Shown here piece by piece: positions 35,713 through 45,470 of a stretch of 64,000 bases of DNA (the first letter of the stretch is position 1; each line of letters begins with the position of its first letter). The stretch comes from Candidatus Levyibacteriota bacterium. GTDB lineage: Bacteria; Patescibacteriota; Microgenomatia; Levybacterales; UBA12049. The stretch covers positions 746,169 through 810,168 of the forward strand of contig OY970292.1 in assembly GCA_963716145.1 (NCBI GenBank), in the 5' to 3' direction. The notes beneath the pieces were generated by a model that worked only from the letters and a program-made list of their open reading frames with translations, made no database searches and was not told where the DNA came from. A program made the position numbers and the translations under genes.

Positions 35713-38376
35713 TTATGCCTCCCCCGGGGAAAGCCTGTCAATTTGCGGCTGGATAAATTTATAAAACAACCCAAGCAATCCGGCTACAGCCAATATGTAA
35801 ATCCAATCGAGTAAATCAACCCTTACCAGACCAAAAAGATTGGAAAGAAAAGGGGTATAAATAATAAACATCTGAAGTGTAATTGTTATTCCTATTGAAA
35901 TAAAAAGCCATTTATTGGAAAAAAACGGAGTTCTGTAATTTGATCTGATCAAATATATATTGACGAGCTCAAAAACAACAATCGCTAAAAATGCCGCGCT
36001 TTGTGCTCTCTCAATTCCAAATGGCAAATCAATTACAAATATACCTATTACAGCTGCTGAGAGCAAAACTCCAAACGTTACCATTTCTACCCACAGTTCG
36101 CGATTTACAATATCCGCCTGAAACACTTTGGGCTTATAACGCATAATTCCTTTCTCTGCTTCATCCATTCCCAATGCTATTGCCGGAACACCGTCAGTCA
36201 CGACGTTGATCCACAAAAGCATGGTTGCAGTTAACACCAATTCCTGAAGCACAATCACTCCGACAAAGACTATTATGACTTCTCCGATATTGCAGGAGAG
36301 CAGGTATCTGATAAATTTGCGGATATTGTGAAATATTCCCCGTCCCTCCTCAATCGCTGAGACAATACTCGAAAATTTGTCATCCAAGAGAACCATGTCC
36401 GATGATTCCTTGGCTACATCGGTTCCGGTTATCCCCATCGCGATTCCTATGTCTGCGGCTTTAAGAGCAGGCGCATCATTGACACCGTCTCCTGTCATCG
36501 CGACAATATGTCCTTTTTTCTTAAGCGCGTTAACAATTCTCATCTTAACGCTGGGATTAACTCTGGCGTAAATACTAACTGTCTCAACAATTTTGCTGAA
36601 TTGTTCATCGCTCATCTTTTCCAACTCCGCTCCGGTTAAAACCTGCCCCTCTATTCCAACTTCATGGGCAACTGCCTTGGCAGTCTCCCCATTATCTCCT
36701 GTAATCATAACCACGCGGATGCCCGACCTTCTGCATTCCTCAATCAAAGGCTTGACCTCAACTCTTGGCGGATCGATCATCCCCTGAATACCAAGAAAAG
36801 TTAAACCTGATTCGATCTTAGACTTATCTTTCTTTTGCTTCTCATATTCCGAAAACGATAATTCTTTATAGGCAAATCCGAGATTACGAAGCGCTTGCTC
36901 GGATAGCTCTTTATTTGTTTCGAGCGCTTTTTTCTTCTCAGCCGGATTAGTAGCGCAGTGCTCCAAAACAAACTCAGGTGCCCCTTTCATATAGACAACA
37001 TGTTTACCATCCTTTTTAATTACAACTGACATAATTTTCCGCTCGGAACTGAACGGAATCTCAGAAACCCGTTCTCCTGCTTGCTTCAAGCCCATCTTTG
37101 CGGCGCTTACTAAAAGAGCTGCTTCTGTCGGATCTCCAAGAACCTTTCCCTCAGTAATCGAAGCATTGTTGCAGTAAACTCCTGTCTCTAAAAGTTTTGC
37201 AAATATTGCCGGATTGATCTTTTTGTTATCCAAGCTAAACTCTCCAGTTGTCTCATAACCGGTTCCCGCTATATCATAAATTTTCCCTCCAAAAAAGATT
37301 TTACGCACAGTCATCTCGCCTTTGGTGAAAGTACCTGTTTTGTCAGAGCAGATTACATCAGTTGATCCGAGTGTCTCAACTGAATTAAGCTTTCTGACTA
37401 AGGCATTTTTACGAAGCATTCTCTGTGTCCCAAGAGCAAGTGATATTGTCACAACAGCAGGTAATCCTTCAGGAATCGCTGCAACAGCAAGAGCAACTGC
37501 TGCAATAAAGGACTGGATAACTTTACTTAATAATGGCAATTGAGAAAAATCCCGTGCAAAAAAGAATATAAAAGCAAAAACAAAAACGCATATTCCGACA
37601 ATCACTAACCCTATTATTTTCCCTATTTTCTCAAGCCGGATTTGAATTGGAGTCTGTTCCTCCTCAGTATTTGCTACGTCCTGTGCTATTTTGCCGATTT
37701 CTGTTGTGTCTCCAGTTGCGACAACTATTCCAATTGCCCGGCCGGAGGCAATGTTGGTCCCGGCGAAAAGCATATTTGTTTGATCGGCAATTTGTTTACT
37801 GCCCGTAAGTTCCTCGGAAACTTTTGAAACCGGTGCAGATTCACCAGTTAATGAAGCTTCGTTTACCATCAGGCTGAATACTTCCAGAAGCCTTATGTCA
37901 GCCGGCACTTTTGTCCCCTCCTCAATTACTACAATATCCCCGGGTACCAAATCCGAGACATCAATTTCATACTCACGTCCCGCTCTTCGTACTTTTGCTT
38001 TAAACGCCAGAAGTTTTTTGAGAGATTCTATAGCTTTTTCAGCCTTAAATTCCTGCACAAATCCAAGAATTGTAATCATAAAAACAATTCCCAGGATTAA
38101 TCCTGCTTCAACCAAATCCGATGGGTCTTTTTCTCCAAATTGATAAATAAATAGAATTAGAAAGGCCGAAATAATAAGAATGATTGTCAAGGTATTTTTG
38201 AACTGCTCAAAATACATTGACCATGCCGATTGTTTTTTCTTAGCGGTTAATTTATTGGAGCCGAATTTTGTGAGGAGGTTTTTGGCGCTATCCTCAGACA
38301 GTCCTTTATCACTTGTTTTAAACAAGCTAAACAATTTGTCTTTTGTTAATGAGTACAACTGGGCAGAATCAGGCAT
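35713..38376 (-). CDS. P-type cation-transporting ATPase, P2-type (Ca2+/Mg2+-like)
   Basis: 'CSDKTGTFT' phosphorylation site, 'PEGLPAVVTISLALG' TM4 motif of the P2 subfamily, 'ITGDN','GDGVNDAPALK'. Confidence 0.85.
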   Translation of the reverse strand: MPDSAQLYSLTKDKLFSLFKTSDKGLSEDSAKNLLTKFGSNKLTAKKKQSAWSMYFEQFKNTLTIILIISAFLILFIYQFGEKDPSDLVEAGLILGIVFMITILGFVQEFKAEKAIESLKKLLAFKAKVRRAGREYEIDVSDLVPGDIVVIEEGTKVPADIRLLEVFSLMVNEASLTGESAPVSKVSEELTGSKQIADQTNMLFAGTNIASGRAIGIVVATGDTTEIGKIAQDVANTEEEQTPIQIRLEKIGKIIGLVIVGICVFVFAFIFFFARDFSQLPLLSKVIQSFIAAVALAVAAIPEGLPAVVTISLALGTQRMLRKNALVRKLNSVETLGSTDVICSDKTGTFTKGEMTVRKIFFGGKIYDIAGTGYETTGEFSLDNKKINPAIFAKLLETGVYCNNASITEGKVLGDPTEAALLVSAAKMGLKQAGERVSEIPFSSERKIMSVVIKKDGKHVVYMKGAPEFVLEHCATNPAEKKKALETNKELSEQALRNLGFAYKELSFSEYEKQKKDKSKIESGLTFLGIQGMIDPPRVEVKPLIEECRRSGIRVVMITGDNGETAKAVAHEVGIEGQVLTGAELEKMSDEQFSKIVETVSIYARVNPSVKMRIVNALKKKGHIVAMTGDGVNDAPALKAADIGIAMGITGTDVAKESSDMVLLDDKFSSIVSAIEEGRGIFHNIRKFIRYLLSCNIGEVIIVFVGVIVLQELVLTATMLLWINVVTDGVPAIALGMDEAEKGIMRYKPKVFQADIVNRELWVEMVTFGVLLSAAVIGIFVIDLPFGIERAQSAAFLAIVVFELVNIYLIRSNYRTPFFSNKWLFISIGITITLQMFIIYTPFLSNLFGLVRVDLLDWIYILAVAGLLGLFYKFIQPQIDRLSPGEA

Positions 38377-38442
38377 TACTTTAACTATACCTAATACTCA
38401 CCTCAGTTGACAATCGGAACAAATCTATTGTAAGTTATATTT

Positions 38443-38625
38443 ATGGGTATTTTTGGATTGGGTCCACAAACTTCAGATGAGGGGCATGTTTGCGCTCATT
38501 GCGGCAAAAAGATAAAAGCGGGTGAGCATTTCACAAAAGAAGGAAAAAAATATTGTTGCGAGAAATGCTGTGGAAGTGTTGATAAAAGTGCCAAGAAAAA
38601 AGCCAAATCCTGCGAATTCTGCTAA
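38443..38625 (+). CDS. small Cys-rich TRASH/YHS-like metal-binding protein (60 aa), divergent from the P-type ATPase
   Basis: 'CAHCGKKIKAGEHFTKEGKKYCCEKCC' fits the C-x2-C-x(n)-F-x(n)-Y-C-S-x2-C TRASH pattern; also C-terminal CEFC. Confidence 0.5.
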   Translation: MGIFGLGPQTSDEGHVCAHCGKKIKAGEHFTKEGKKYCCEKCCGSVDKSAKKKAKSCEFC

Positions 38626-38629
38626 GACC

Positions 38630-40183
38630 TCAATATTTCTTTATCGGATCTGATTTTCCGGCAACTTCAATCATTAGATCTGCATCAAATATCTGGTTTA
38701 CGTTTATGGTTGTTTCATACTGGTCATCTCTTTCACTATACGAAACGATAATTGTATCTCCTAAGGTCACCCTCTCATCATTGTAATATTGAGTTCTAGA
38801 TTGGTTAAACTCCTCAGCAGGATTGCTCTCAAAATTTACGGTAAATATACGGCCTGAACTTGATTTAATCTTTACAGATTTATCGTTTATTTCCGTCAAA
38901 ACACCTGCAATTTGCTTCATAATCCGTTTATCATGTGTTTTATTTTCCAGAGTTTTTAAATCTAGTGGCGGCATCGGGGTAAATAATGGATTTTGCGCAG
39001 TTTCTCCGCCACCACTTGGGAAAAAATCAATGCTTCCCGTAAAGCTACAGCGATCCTGTGGATTACCATGACAGGTTGAAATACGCGTTACATAAGACGT
39101 CAAATGCGGATCATACCATTTAATATCAGGATTTACAGGTAAAATAACAACAGCAAGTATTTCCTGCTCTTTTAATTTTTCACTGGAGCTATACCCTCCT
39201 TGCTTCGGGGTAACGTTTATCATGATACTGGTGTTTAGAGTTATAGTCATAATGTTGGCGCCATCCTTCAACTCTTCAGTCGAGACCAGGGTGTGTCCTT
39301 TGTAGACTTTAACCGCAGGAGCAAGCTTTATTTTTGTGCTGGATGAAGGTGTATTATACATGTCAAGTAATTCCAATTGTTCGTTTTGACGTTTAGCAAC
39401 TTTATATACACTGACGGGGGTAATATATTGGATGATAGCACCCTCTTTGCCGTTTTCCGGTGATGGTTCTTTTATTTTCTCACTAAACTGGCGTCTAAGT
39501 TGATTGAAGAACTCTTCTGCCTCATCATAATTGCATGTGGCGGCGATAACTTTTTTTGCATCTTCATTGTTTATTTTTGCATTTTTCTTTAATTCGTAAC
39601 GACTAGTCATAGTAGGATTTCCAGATGTGCAGTCAGTATCAAATTCGATTCTGCCTGTTTGATTAATATGTTCTTTCAGAATTTGCAGCTTCTTCTGCTC
39701 TTCTTTCTGCGCATAACTGTAGCCTGAGAAACCTAAAATTGTGACTACCAAAAGAATGTTGGCAACAAGTAATCGTGGGGTCATTTTTAAAACTTTCATA
39801 GTAAATGTTTTTCTATTAGTTATACGGGTCTGAAAAAGAAAAGTTTCAAACTTTTTCCACAAGAACCACAAAGTACCGCTGAACAAAACTGTAAACAACT
39901 GAACTTTGGGCAACGACTCAACCAATGCTTCCAGATATAAAAAGCTTTGGCTTCTGACAAAAGTGTATTTATAAAAAACTAATTTAATCAGATAATCCAA
40001 GTCATTATTTAGCCATTTGGCAATTAATAAAATACTAGATATCACAAATAGGACAGCAACTATGCGTTGGGCCATCCTTATCCTTTTGGTTTGAGTAATC
40101 ATTTCCAAACTATCGTTTGCTAATCCCTTCCTGAGAGGGACAATAACCGGGTTTTCCTGTAATAATCGATCAAACTTATCCAT
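38630..40183 (-). CDS. putative membrane-anchored anti-sigma factor or partner of the ECF sigma (8-bp overlap), 517 aa
   Basis: operon position, TM segments after a cytoplasmic N-terminus; no conserved motif. Confidence 0.4.
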   Translation of the reverse strand: MDKFDRLLQENPVIVPLRKGLANDSLEMITQTKRIRMAQRIVAVLFVISSILLIAKWLNNDLDYLIKLVFYKYTFVRSQSFLYLEALVESLPKVQLFTVLFSGTLWFLWKKFETFLFQTRITNRKTFTMKVLKMTPRLLVANILLVVTILGFSGYSYAQKEEQKKLQILKEHINQTGRIEFDTDCTSGNPTMTSRYELKKNAKINNEDAKKVIAATCNYDEAEEFFNQLRRQFSEKIKEPSPENGKEGAIIQYITPVSVYKVAKRQNEQLELLDMYNTPSSSTKIKLAPAVKVYKGHTLVSTEELKDGANIMTITLNTSIMINVTPKQGGYSSSEKLKEQEILAVVILPVNPDIKWYDPHLTSYVTRISTCHGNPQDRCSFTGSIDFFPSGGGETAQNPLFTPMPPLDLKTLENKTHDKRIMKQIAGVLTEINDKSVKIKSSSGRIFTVNFESNPAEEFNQSRTQYYNDERVTLGDTIIVSYSERDDQYETTINVNQIFDADLMIEVAGKSDPIKKY

Positions 40184-40697
40184 TTAATTCCTCCTTTAAT
40201 TGCTCTTTTGCGCGCTTTAGCCAAGTCCTCACTGTGTTAACCGGCGTATTCATGATTTCCGAAATTTCCTCATATTTTTGATCCTGCCAGTAGTACAAAC
40301 TAATTACCGTTTGATATTTAAGCGGAAGCTTTCTAACTGCCTTATGCACTTCATTTGCAGTTTCTTTCTTCATCGCTTGCTCCTGCGGTGTAGGTGAATT
40401 GCTGACTGGTTCTGGAATGCCATCAAGTGATATATGCCGCCGTTTTCTCAGAAAATCAAGACAAAGATTGGTTGCAATTTTGTAAATCCAGGTTGAGAAG
40501 CGGTAATTCTCCTGATACTTTTTAAGATTAAGATACGCTTTTATGGACGCTTCCTGCGTCAGATCGTTGGCGGTTTCTTGATCGTAAACCATAGCAAAGC
40601 AGTGACGGACAAGTCCCGGCTGATACCTCTCAAGAAGCAACCTGTATTTATCGTCATCTCCTGCCAGGATCTGCCTGATTATCTCTTTTTCATCCAT
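40176..40697 (-). CDS. ECF-type RNA polymerase sigma factor (sigma-70 family regions 2 and 4). The ORF-track start at 40853 is likely wrong; the start is at Met53 'MDEKEIIRQI'
   Basis: region 2 'NDLTQEASIKAYLNLKKY','FSTWIYKIATNLCLDFLRKRR'; region 4 'YQTVISLYYWQDQKYEEISEIMNTPVNTVRTWLKRAKEQL'. Confidence 0.75.
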   Translation of the reverse strand: MDEKEIIRQILAGDDDKYRLLLERYQPGLVRHCFAMVYDQETANDLTQEASIKAYLNLKKYQENYRFSTWIYKIATNLCLDFLRKRRHISLDGIPEPVSNSPTPQEQAMKKETANEVHKAVRKLPLKYQTVISLYYWQDQKYEEISEIMNTPVNTVRTWLKRAKEQLKEELNG

Positions 40698-40790
40698 GTA
40701 TGCCTCTATTATACGATGGCGCTTATGAAAAAGTTTCAGTTTTGTCCCTTTTTTCCTCCTTCTGTGTTTACTGTTATAGAATAGATATCT

Positions 40791-41294
40791 ATGAAGCCGA
40801 ACTTTGAAACGACCGTCAAGCGGTACGTAAAACTGGTATATTTTTTTGCCCACCGCTGGTCTACGGGTCCAAAAGCGGAGATTGATGACATTGTCCAGGA
40901 AACTTTTTATAAAGCATTACAAAAATATGATTCATTTAAATTTTCAACTGAAAGCGGTCTAAAAGCATGGCTACTTACAATTTGCAGAAATCATATTTAC
41001 AAGACTGGAAGAAGAAAAAAAGAAATACTTTTGGAGCCAGAGGAGATGGAGCAAATACCGGATGGGAAAGACACTGACTCAATGCTTGAGGAACTTATCA
41101 AAAAAGAGCAGATCTCAATTATTTATGACTTTCTTGAAAAACGGCCATTTATTGAGCGGGAATTGGTCAGACTCTATACATACGAGGAGCTTAAATTTAA
41201 AGAAATTGCGATAGTTCTCGATTGCTCAGAAGACGCAGCAAAGAAAAGGTTTTATAGAATAATTGAAAAAATGAAAAAAGAAGCAAAAATATGA
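40791..41294 (+). CDS. ECF-type RNA polymerase sigma factor (second, divergent)
   Basis: 'DDIVQETFYKALQKYDSF','KAWLLTICRNHIYKTGRRKK', region 4 'YEELKFKEIAIVLDCSEDAAKKRFYRII'. Confidence 0.75.
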   Translation: MKPNFETTVKRYVKLVYFFAHRWSTGPKAEIDDIVQETFYKALQKYDSFKFSTESGLKAWLLTICRNHIYKTGRRKKEILLEPEEMEQIPDGKDTDSMLEELIKKEQISIIYDFLEKRPFIERELVRLYTYEELKFKEIAIVLDCSEDAAKKRFYRIIEKMKKEAKI

Positions 41295-42295
41295 AATTAA
41301 GAAACGTACTTACAAGTTATTTCGAACACTCAGATCTGTCAGTTGGCGCAAAAACCGACTTCGAAAACTTGGAGAAAAACATTTTGGCAAGAGTTGTGCC
41401 AAAAAAGAAGAGAAGATTCTTTCCTGTCCCCCTAGTTTCTTTCTTTGCTCTTTTACTAGTTCTCCTAGGAGGATTTTTATATGTTAACTCTCATATCCAA
41501 CCAGTTTCGGCACAAGAGGTTATTGATAAAACTACGGAGGCTTTAAAAAATATTGAGCGCATACATTACAAAATTTATTATGGAGGTAAGCAATATGAAA
41601 AACCTCTAACCGATGAGGAGGTTGCTAAGATAGGCGGCCAGGGAACACGGCCAAAAAATAAAACCTATGAATTTTGGTATGATTTCAAAAATAGTATTAC
41701 CCGTGTGGAAATTCCCGAATATTCGGATGTATTATCCGGAAAAACTGTCCTAATAGAGAAAAAGATCGATTACAGAGACTCCTCTCTGCTTTACACTTAT
41801 AGAGCAGATGAACATAGTAAAGAAGGTTTATTTCAAGATTATCAAGGCATACGAACTTTTGCCTACCAGCAGGAAAGTGTCTTTAAAATAAATGGTCCGA
41901 GTGATCCACGTAAAAAGTTCGAGGAATTACTTGCTTCTTTTAAGAAAAATGACGGAACTAAACTTGAGACAGTAAACGAAAATGGGAAAGACTATTACCA
42001 GCTGATTCTTCAATTGCCCTACGATGAAAAAAATCCTCTTATGCAGATAACCGGCTATACTCTTTTTCTTGAAAAAGAGACGTATAAACCATACAAGGAG
42101 ATTCAATCTTATGATAATGGAAAAGGCACAATAGAGCTAACTTATCAGGAGGTTGATTCGGACTTTGATGATTCGATCTTTGGACCTGTCCCACCAAAAG
42201 GATATACGATCGCGCAAAACCTAAAGGTGAAATTTGCCAACAGATTTGAGAAAGCAGGCCCATATTCCTGTCCGCTTGTTGGAGAGACCCAATGA
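41291..42295 (+). CDS. putative anti-sigma factor or membrane-anchored partner (4-bp overlap with the sigma gene)
   Basis: cytoplasmic N-terminus, single TM (FFPVPLVSFFALLLVLLGGFLYV), large extracytoplasmic domain. Confidence 0.4.
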   Translation: MKLRNVLTSYFEHSDLSVGAKTDFENLEKNILARVVPKKKRRFFPVPLVSFFALLLVLLGGFLYVNSHIQPVSAQEVIDKTTEALKNIERIHYKIYYGGKQYEKPLTDEEVAKIGGQGTRPKNKTYEFWYDFKNSITRVEIPEYSDVLSGKTVLIEKKIDYRDSSLLYTYRADEHSKEGLFQDYQGIRTFAYQQESVFKINGPSDPRKKFEELLASFKKNDGTKLETVNENGKDYYQLILQLPYDEKNPLMQITGYTLFLEKETYKPYKEIQSYDNGKGTIELTYQEVDSDFDDSIFGPVPPKGYTIAQNLKVKFANRFEKAGPYSCPLVGETQ

Positions 42296-42669
42296 TAGAT
42301 CCGAAAGCTGAGGACAATCATACTGGCTGCGCAGACGGAGTATATGGAACATACACTCCCGACATTGAATTGCTTAACGACAAAGGCCTTATGTTTTCAC
42401 CTGGAAATATGCCTGTAGTAGGTCTGAGTTTCAAACTCTATAAATCCAAACAAACTTTTGCAACCGAGGAAGAAGCAAAACAAGCAAACGCGGCAGATCA
42501 CGTGGAGTTAAAATCTGCAAATGGTGAATTGGTTTATCCTGAAACAGAAAAGCCTGTTCCCAACACTTTTAGAAAGTTCAAACTTGAGATGGTTGATTCC
42601 AAAACAGGTGAAAAAATTGATGAAATCGAGACGATTCAGGAGATAATATTAACCGAAGTAAAAGGATGA
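42292..42669 (+). CDS. hypothetical protein, cotranscribed with the sigma/anti-sigma pair
   Basis: ORF track; 4-bp overlap. Confidence 0.35.
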   Translation: MIDPKAEDNHTGCADGVYGTYTPDIELLNDKGLMFSPGNMPVVGLSFKLYKSKQTFATEEEAKQANAADHVELKSANGELVYPETEKPVPNTFRKFKLEMVDSKTGEKIDEIETIQEIILTEVKG

Positions 42670-42710
42670 ATTTGTTTGCATTTAGAATCTTTTCTTGAAA
42701 TACTGTAAAT

Positions 42711-43745
42711 ATGGATAAAACAACGGAAACACCAGGTACACAACCAGCTTCTTCCACTCAACCAAGTAAGCCTTACGGCAGGAATTGGAAAAAGTTAATT
42801 TTAATTTACTTAATTATCGGAGCTATTCTTTATGGTGGGATATATTATTTTGTGTTATCAAAACAAAATTCTAAGCCTTACTCCACCCCAGTTTCCAAAT
42901 CTATCTCTTCCCCCACTCCCGACCCAACTGCTGATTGGAAAACGTATACAAATAACAAATTCAACTACTCGATCAGGTATCCTTCAGCAACATTTTTCAA
43001 TTGCAGCAAAGATGGTTTTGAGCTATTCAAGGGAGTTGATGAAAGCACCTGTACTGCCGGAGAAACACCGACTGATTTTTACATACAAACAGTTGGCAAC
43101 TCTACCAACTACAAAGAAAGTAATGAATGCGTTACGGTTAATAAGCAACATATTAAACTAGCAAGTGGCATCTCAGCGACAAAATATACCTATGCACGCA
43201 CCGCTATGGAAGGACCGTGTCAAAAATATAACGGTTATCCTAAGTCAGCTCACTACGAAATCCTTATTGCAAATACCTTATTGGATATCTACATATTTGA
43301 AAAGGAAGACCTGATCAAGAATCAAATTCTCCAAACCTTTAAATTCACCGATCAAGCAGCTAGCCAAAGTTCTACTAAATATCTTTCTGTAGATGCTTGG
43401 AAGGTAAGGTTGCCAATTGGTGCCAATCTTGCCAATTTAGATACGCTGCCTCCGGAAAAATCTATATATTCCTCAACCGCAACAGATCAGATGGTTAAGG
43501 TTTTGGCCCCAGATCTTGATGCTGGCTGGCTATGCTCCGGTAGTACAGGAGCTACTATTGGAAGTATCTCTCGTTCAGAAAGCGATATAAGATCCGGGCC
43601 TTACAAACCCCTCGCAACTAAAAAGATTGGTAACTATATTTACGGCTATGAAGCAACTCCAACCAGCAATTGCACAAGTGATCCTAAATACCAAGAACTG
43701 GTAAAAGAATTCACATCAGCATTTAGCTCAATTGAAAGTTATTAA
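42711..43745 (+). CDS. hypothetical membrane-anchored secreted protein, Cys-containing
   Basis: N-terminal TM, several Cys pairs. Confidence 0.4.
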   Translation: MDKTTETPGTQPASSTQPSKPYGRNWKKLILIYLIIGAILYGGIYYFVLSKQNSKPYSTPVSKSISSPTPDPTADWKTYTNNKFNYSIRYPSATFFNCSKDGFELFKGVDESTCTAGETPTDFYIQTVGNSTNYKESNECVTVNKQHIKLASGISATKYTYARTAMEGPCQKYNGYPKSAHYEILIANTLLDIYIFEKEDLIKNQILQTFKFTDQAASQSSTKYLSVDAWKVRLPIGANLANLDTLPPEKSIYSSTATDQMVKVLAPDLDAGWLCSGSTGATIGSISRSESDIRSGPYKPLATKKIGNYIYGYEATPTSNCTSDPKYQELVKEFTSAFSSIESY

Positions 43746-43814
43746 AATAATTGTAAAGCAGACAAGAACCCCCAATATGTATTAAGGATTAATAAAACCT
43801 GCTATTATATTTTT

Positions 43815-45347
43815 ATGCTAGCGAAAGTTATGTCTGCTGCAGTTGTTGGCTTGGATGCTGTGCCTATTGAGGTTGAGATCGATATCGCCGCACAAGGTCT
43901 GCCAAATTTTTTTATTGTCGGATTACCAGATAAAGCAGTAGATGAGGCCAAAGAACGGGTCAGATCTGCGATTAAGAACACTGGGGCAGACTTTCCTGCC
44001 AAAAGGATAACTGTGAATCTCGCACCCGCAGATCTTCCCAAAGAAGGCGCTTCATACGATCTGCCTATTGCCTTAGGAATACTCATCGCATCAGGCCAGA
44101 TTGATGCAGATATTTCAAACTTTCTATTCTCAGGAGAACTATCACTGGACGGCAGGGTCAGATCAATCAATGGCGCGCTTCCTCTGGCCATAACCGCAAA
44201 GGAGAAGAAAATAAGCAGTATCTTTCTGCCGGTTGATAATGCAGCTGAGGCTGGAATAGTTCAGGGACTTGATGTTTATCCGGTGGCGACACTTAAACAG
44301 CTTTTCTTACATCTTACGGGAGGCACGCCGATTGTAAAGCAAAAACCTGTGAAGTTCTCCACAAAAACCTCCGCGGAGGTTTTTGATTACGATATGAAGG
44401 AAATAAAAGGCCAGCAACAGACCAAAAGGGCACTCGAAATAGCAGCAGCTGGTGCGCATAATATTCTTCTCAAAGGCCCGCCCGGAGCCGGAAAGACATT
44501 GCTCGCGCGCACGTTCCCATCTATTCTTCCGAGCCTGACGTTTGAGGAAATGATCGAGGTAACCAAAATTTACAGTATCGCTGGGCTTTTGGGAAAAGAG
44601 CCGATGATAAATAAACGCCCCTTCCGATCGCCTCATCATTCAACATCTCTGATCGGGCTTATCGGAGGGGGTGCTAATCCCAAACCAGGGGAAGTCACTC
44701 TCGCCCACCGCGGAGTGCTTTTTCTTGATGAATTTCCTGAATTCCCTAGATTTGTTCTTGAATCTCTCAGACAGCCGATTGAGGATAACATCGTTTCCAT
44801 CTCCCGCGCCAAGGGCAAAACCACTTTTCCAGCCCAATGCATGCTGGTGGCCGCCCAAAACCCGTGCATGTGTGGATATCTTGGGGATAAGTACCATGAA
44901 TGCACCTGCGCTCCATCCCAAATCCTCAAATATCAGAAGAAGGTTTCCGGCCCGCTTCTGGACAGAATAGATATCCATATCGATGTTCCGGCTGTAAAAG
45001 TCCACAAGCTAACTGAGGAAGATTTGGGCGTTGAAGACTCGGCCAAAATCCGCAAAAGAGTGCAAAAAGCCCGTGATCTCCAGCTAAAACGCTATAAGGG
45101 AAGTAAAATTGGCTCAAATGCCGAGCTGAATAATAAAAGTATCAAAGTCTATTGCATATTGTCTGAAGAATGTCTCCAGCTCTTGCGCCTAGCAGTAAGT
45201 AAGATGCATTTGTCAGGAAGATCGTACTACAGAACGATCAAACTCGCCCGTACAATAGCTGATCTGGAAAATGTGGATACCATAGCCCCAAATCACATCG
45301 CGGAGGCTCTCCAATACCGCCCAAAAGTTGAAAACACCTTAACATAA
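43815..45347 (+). CDS. comM: YifB/ComM-family Mg-chelatase-like AAA+ ATPase
   Basis: N-terminal 'MLAKVMSAAVVGLDAVPIEVEIDI..GLP.F.IVGLPD', Walker A 'GPPGAGKT', C-terminal chelatase domain. Confidence 0.85.
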   Translation: MLAKVMSAAVVGLDAVPIEVEIDIAAQGLPNFFIVGLPDKAVDEAKERVRSAIKNTGADFPAKRITVNLAPADLPKEGASYDLPIALGILIASGQIDADISNFLFSGELSLDGRVRSINGALPLAITAKEKKISSIFLPVDNAAEAGIVQGLDVYPVATLKQLFLHLTGGTPIVKQKPVKFSTKTSAEVFDYDMKEIKGQQQTKRALEIAAAGAHNILLKGPPGAGKTLLARTFPSILPSLTFEEMIEVTKIYSIAGLLGKEPMINKRPFRSPHHSTSLIGLIGGGANPKPGEVTLAHRGVLFLDEFPEFPRFVLESLRQPIEDNIVSISRAKGKTTFPAQCMLVAAQNPCMCGYLGDKYHECTCAPSQILKYQKKVSGPLLDRIDIHIDVPAVKVHKLTEEDLGVEDSAKIRKRVQKARDLQLKRYKGSKIGSNAELNNKSIKVYCILSEECLQLLRLAVSKMHLSGRSYYRTIKLARTIADLENVDTIAPNHIAEALQYRPKVENTLT

Positions 45348-45408
45348 GCTACTTATTTTTTACCTCCTACTTTCCTCTTAACTATTTTTTACTTCTTTAT
45401 CTTAAAAC

Positions 45409-45437
45409 TTGACAATTTTATGCATATGTGTTAGAAT
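45409..45437 (+). promoter_or_regulatory. near-consensus sigma70 promoter: TTGACA - 17 nt - TAGAAT
   Basis: -35 at 45409-45414, 17-nt spacer, -10 at 45432-45437; about 34 nt upstream of the ATG at 45471. Confidence 0.6.
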
Positions 45438-45470
45438 TAGTTATTAATTGTTAAATTGAGTAATAATTTT

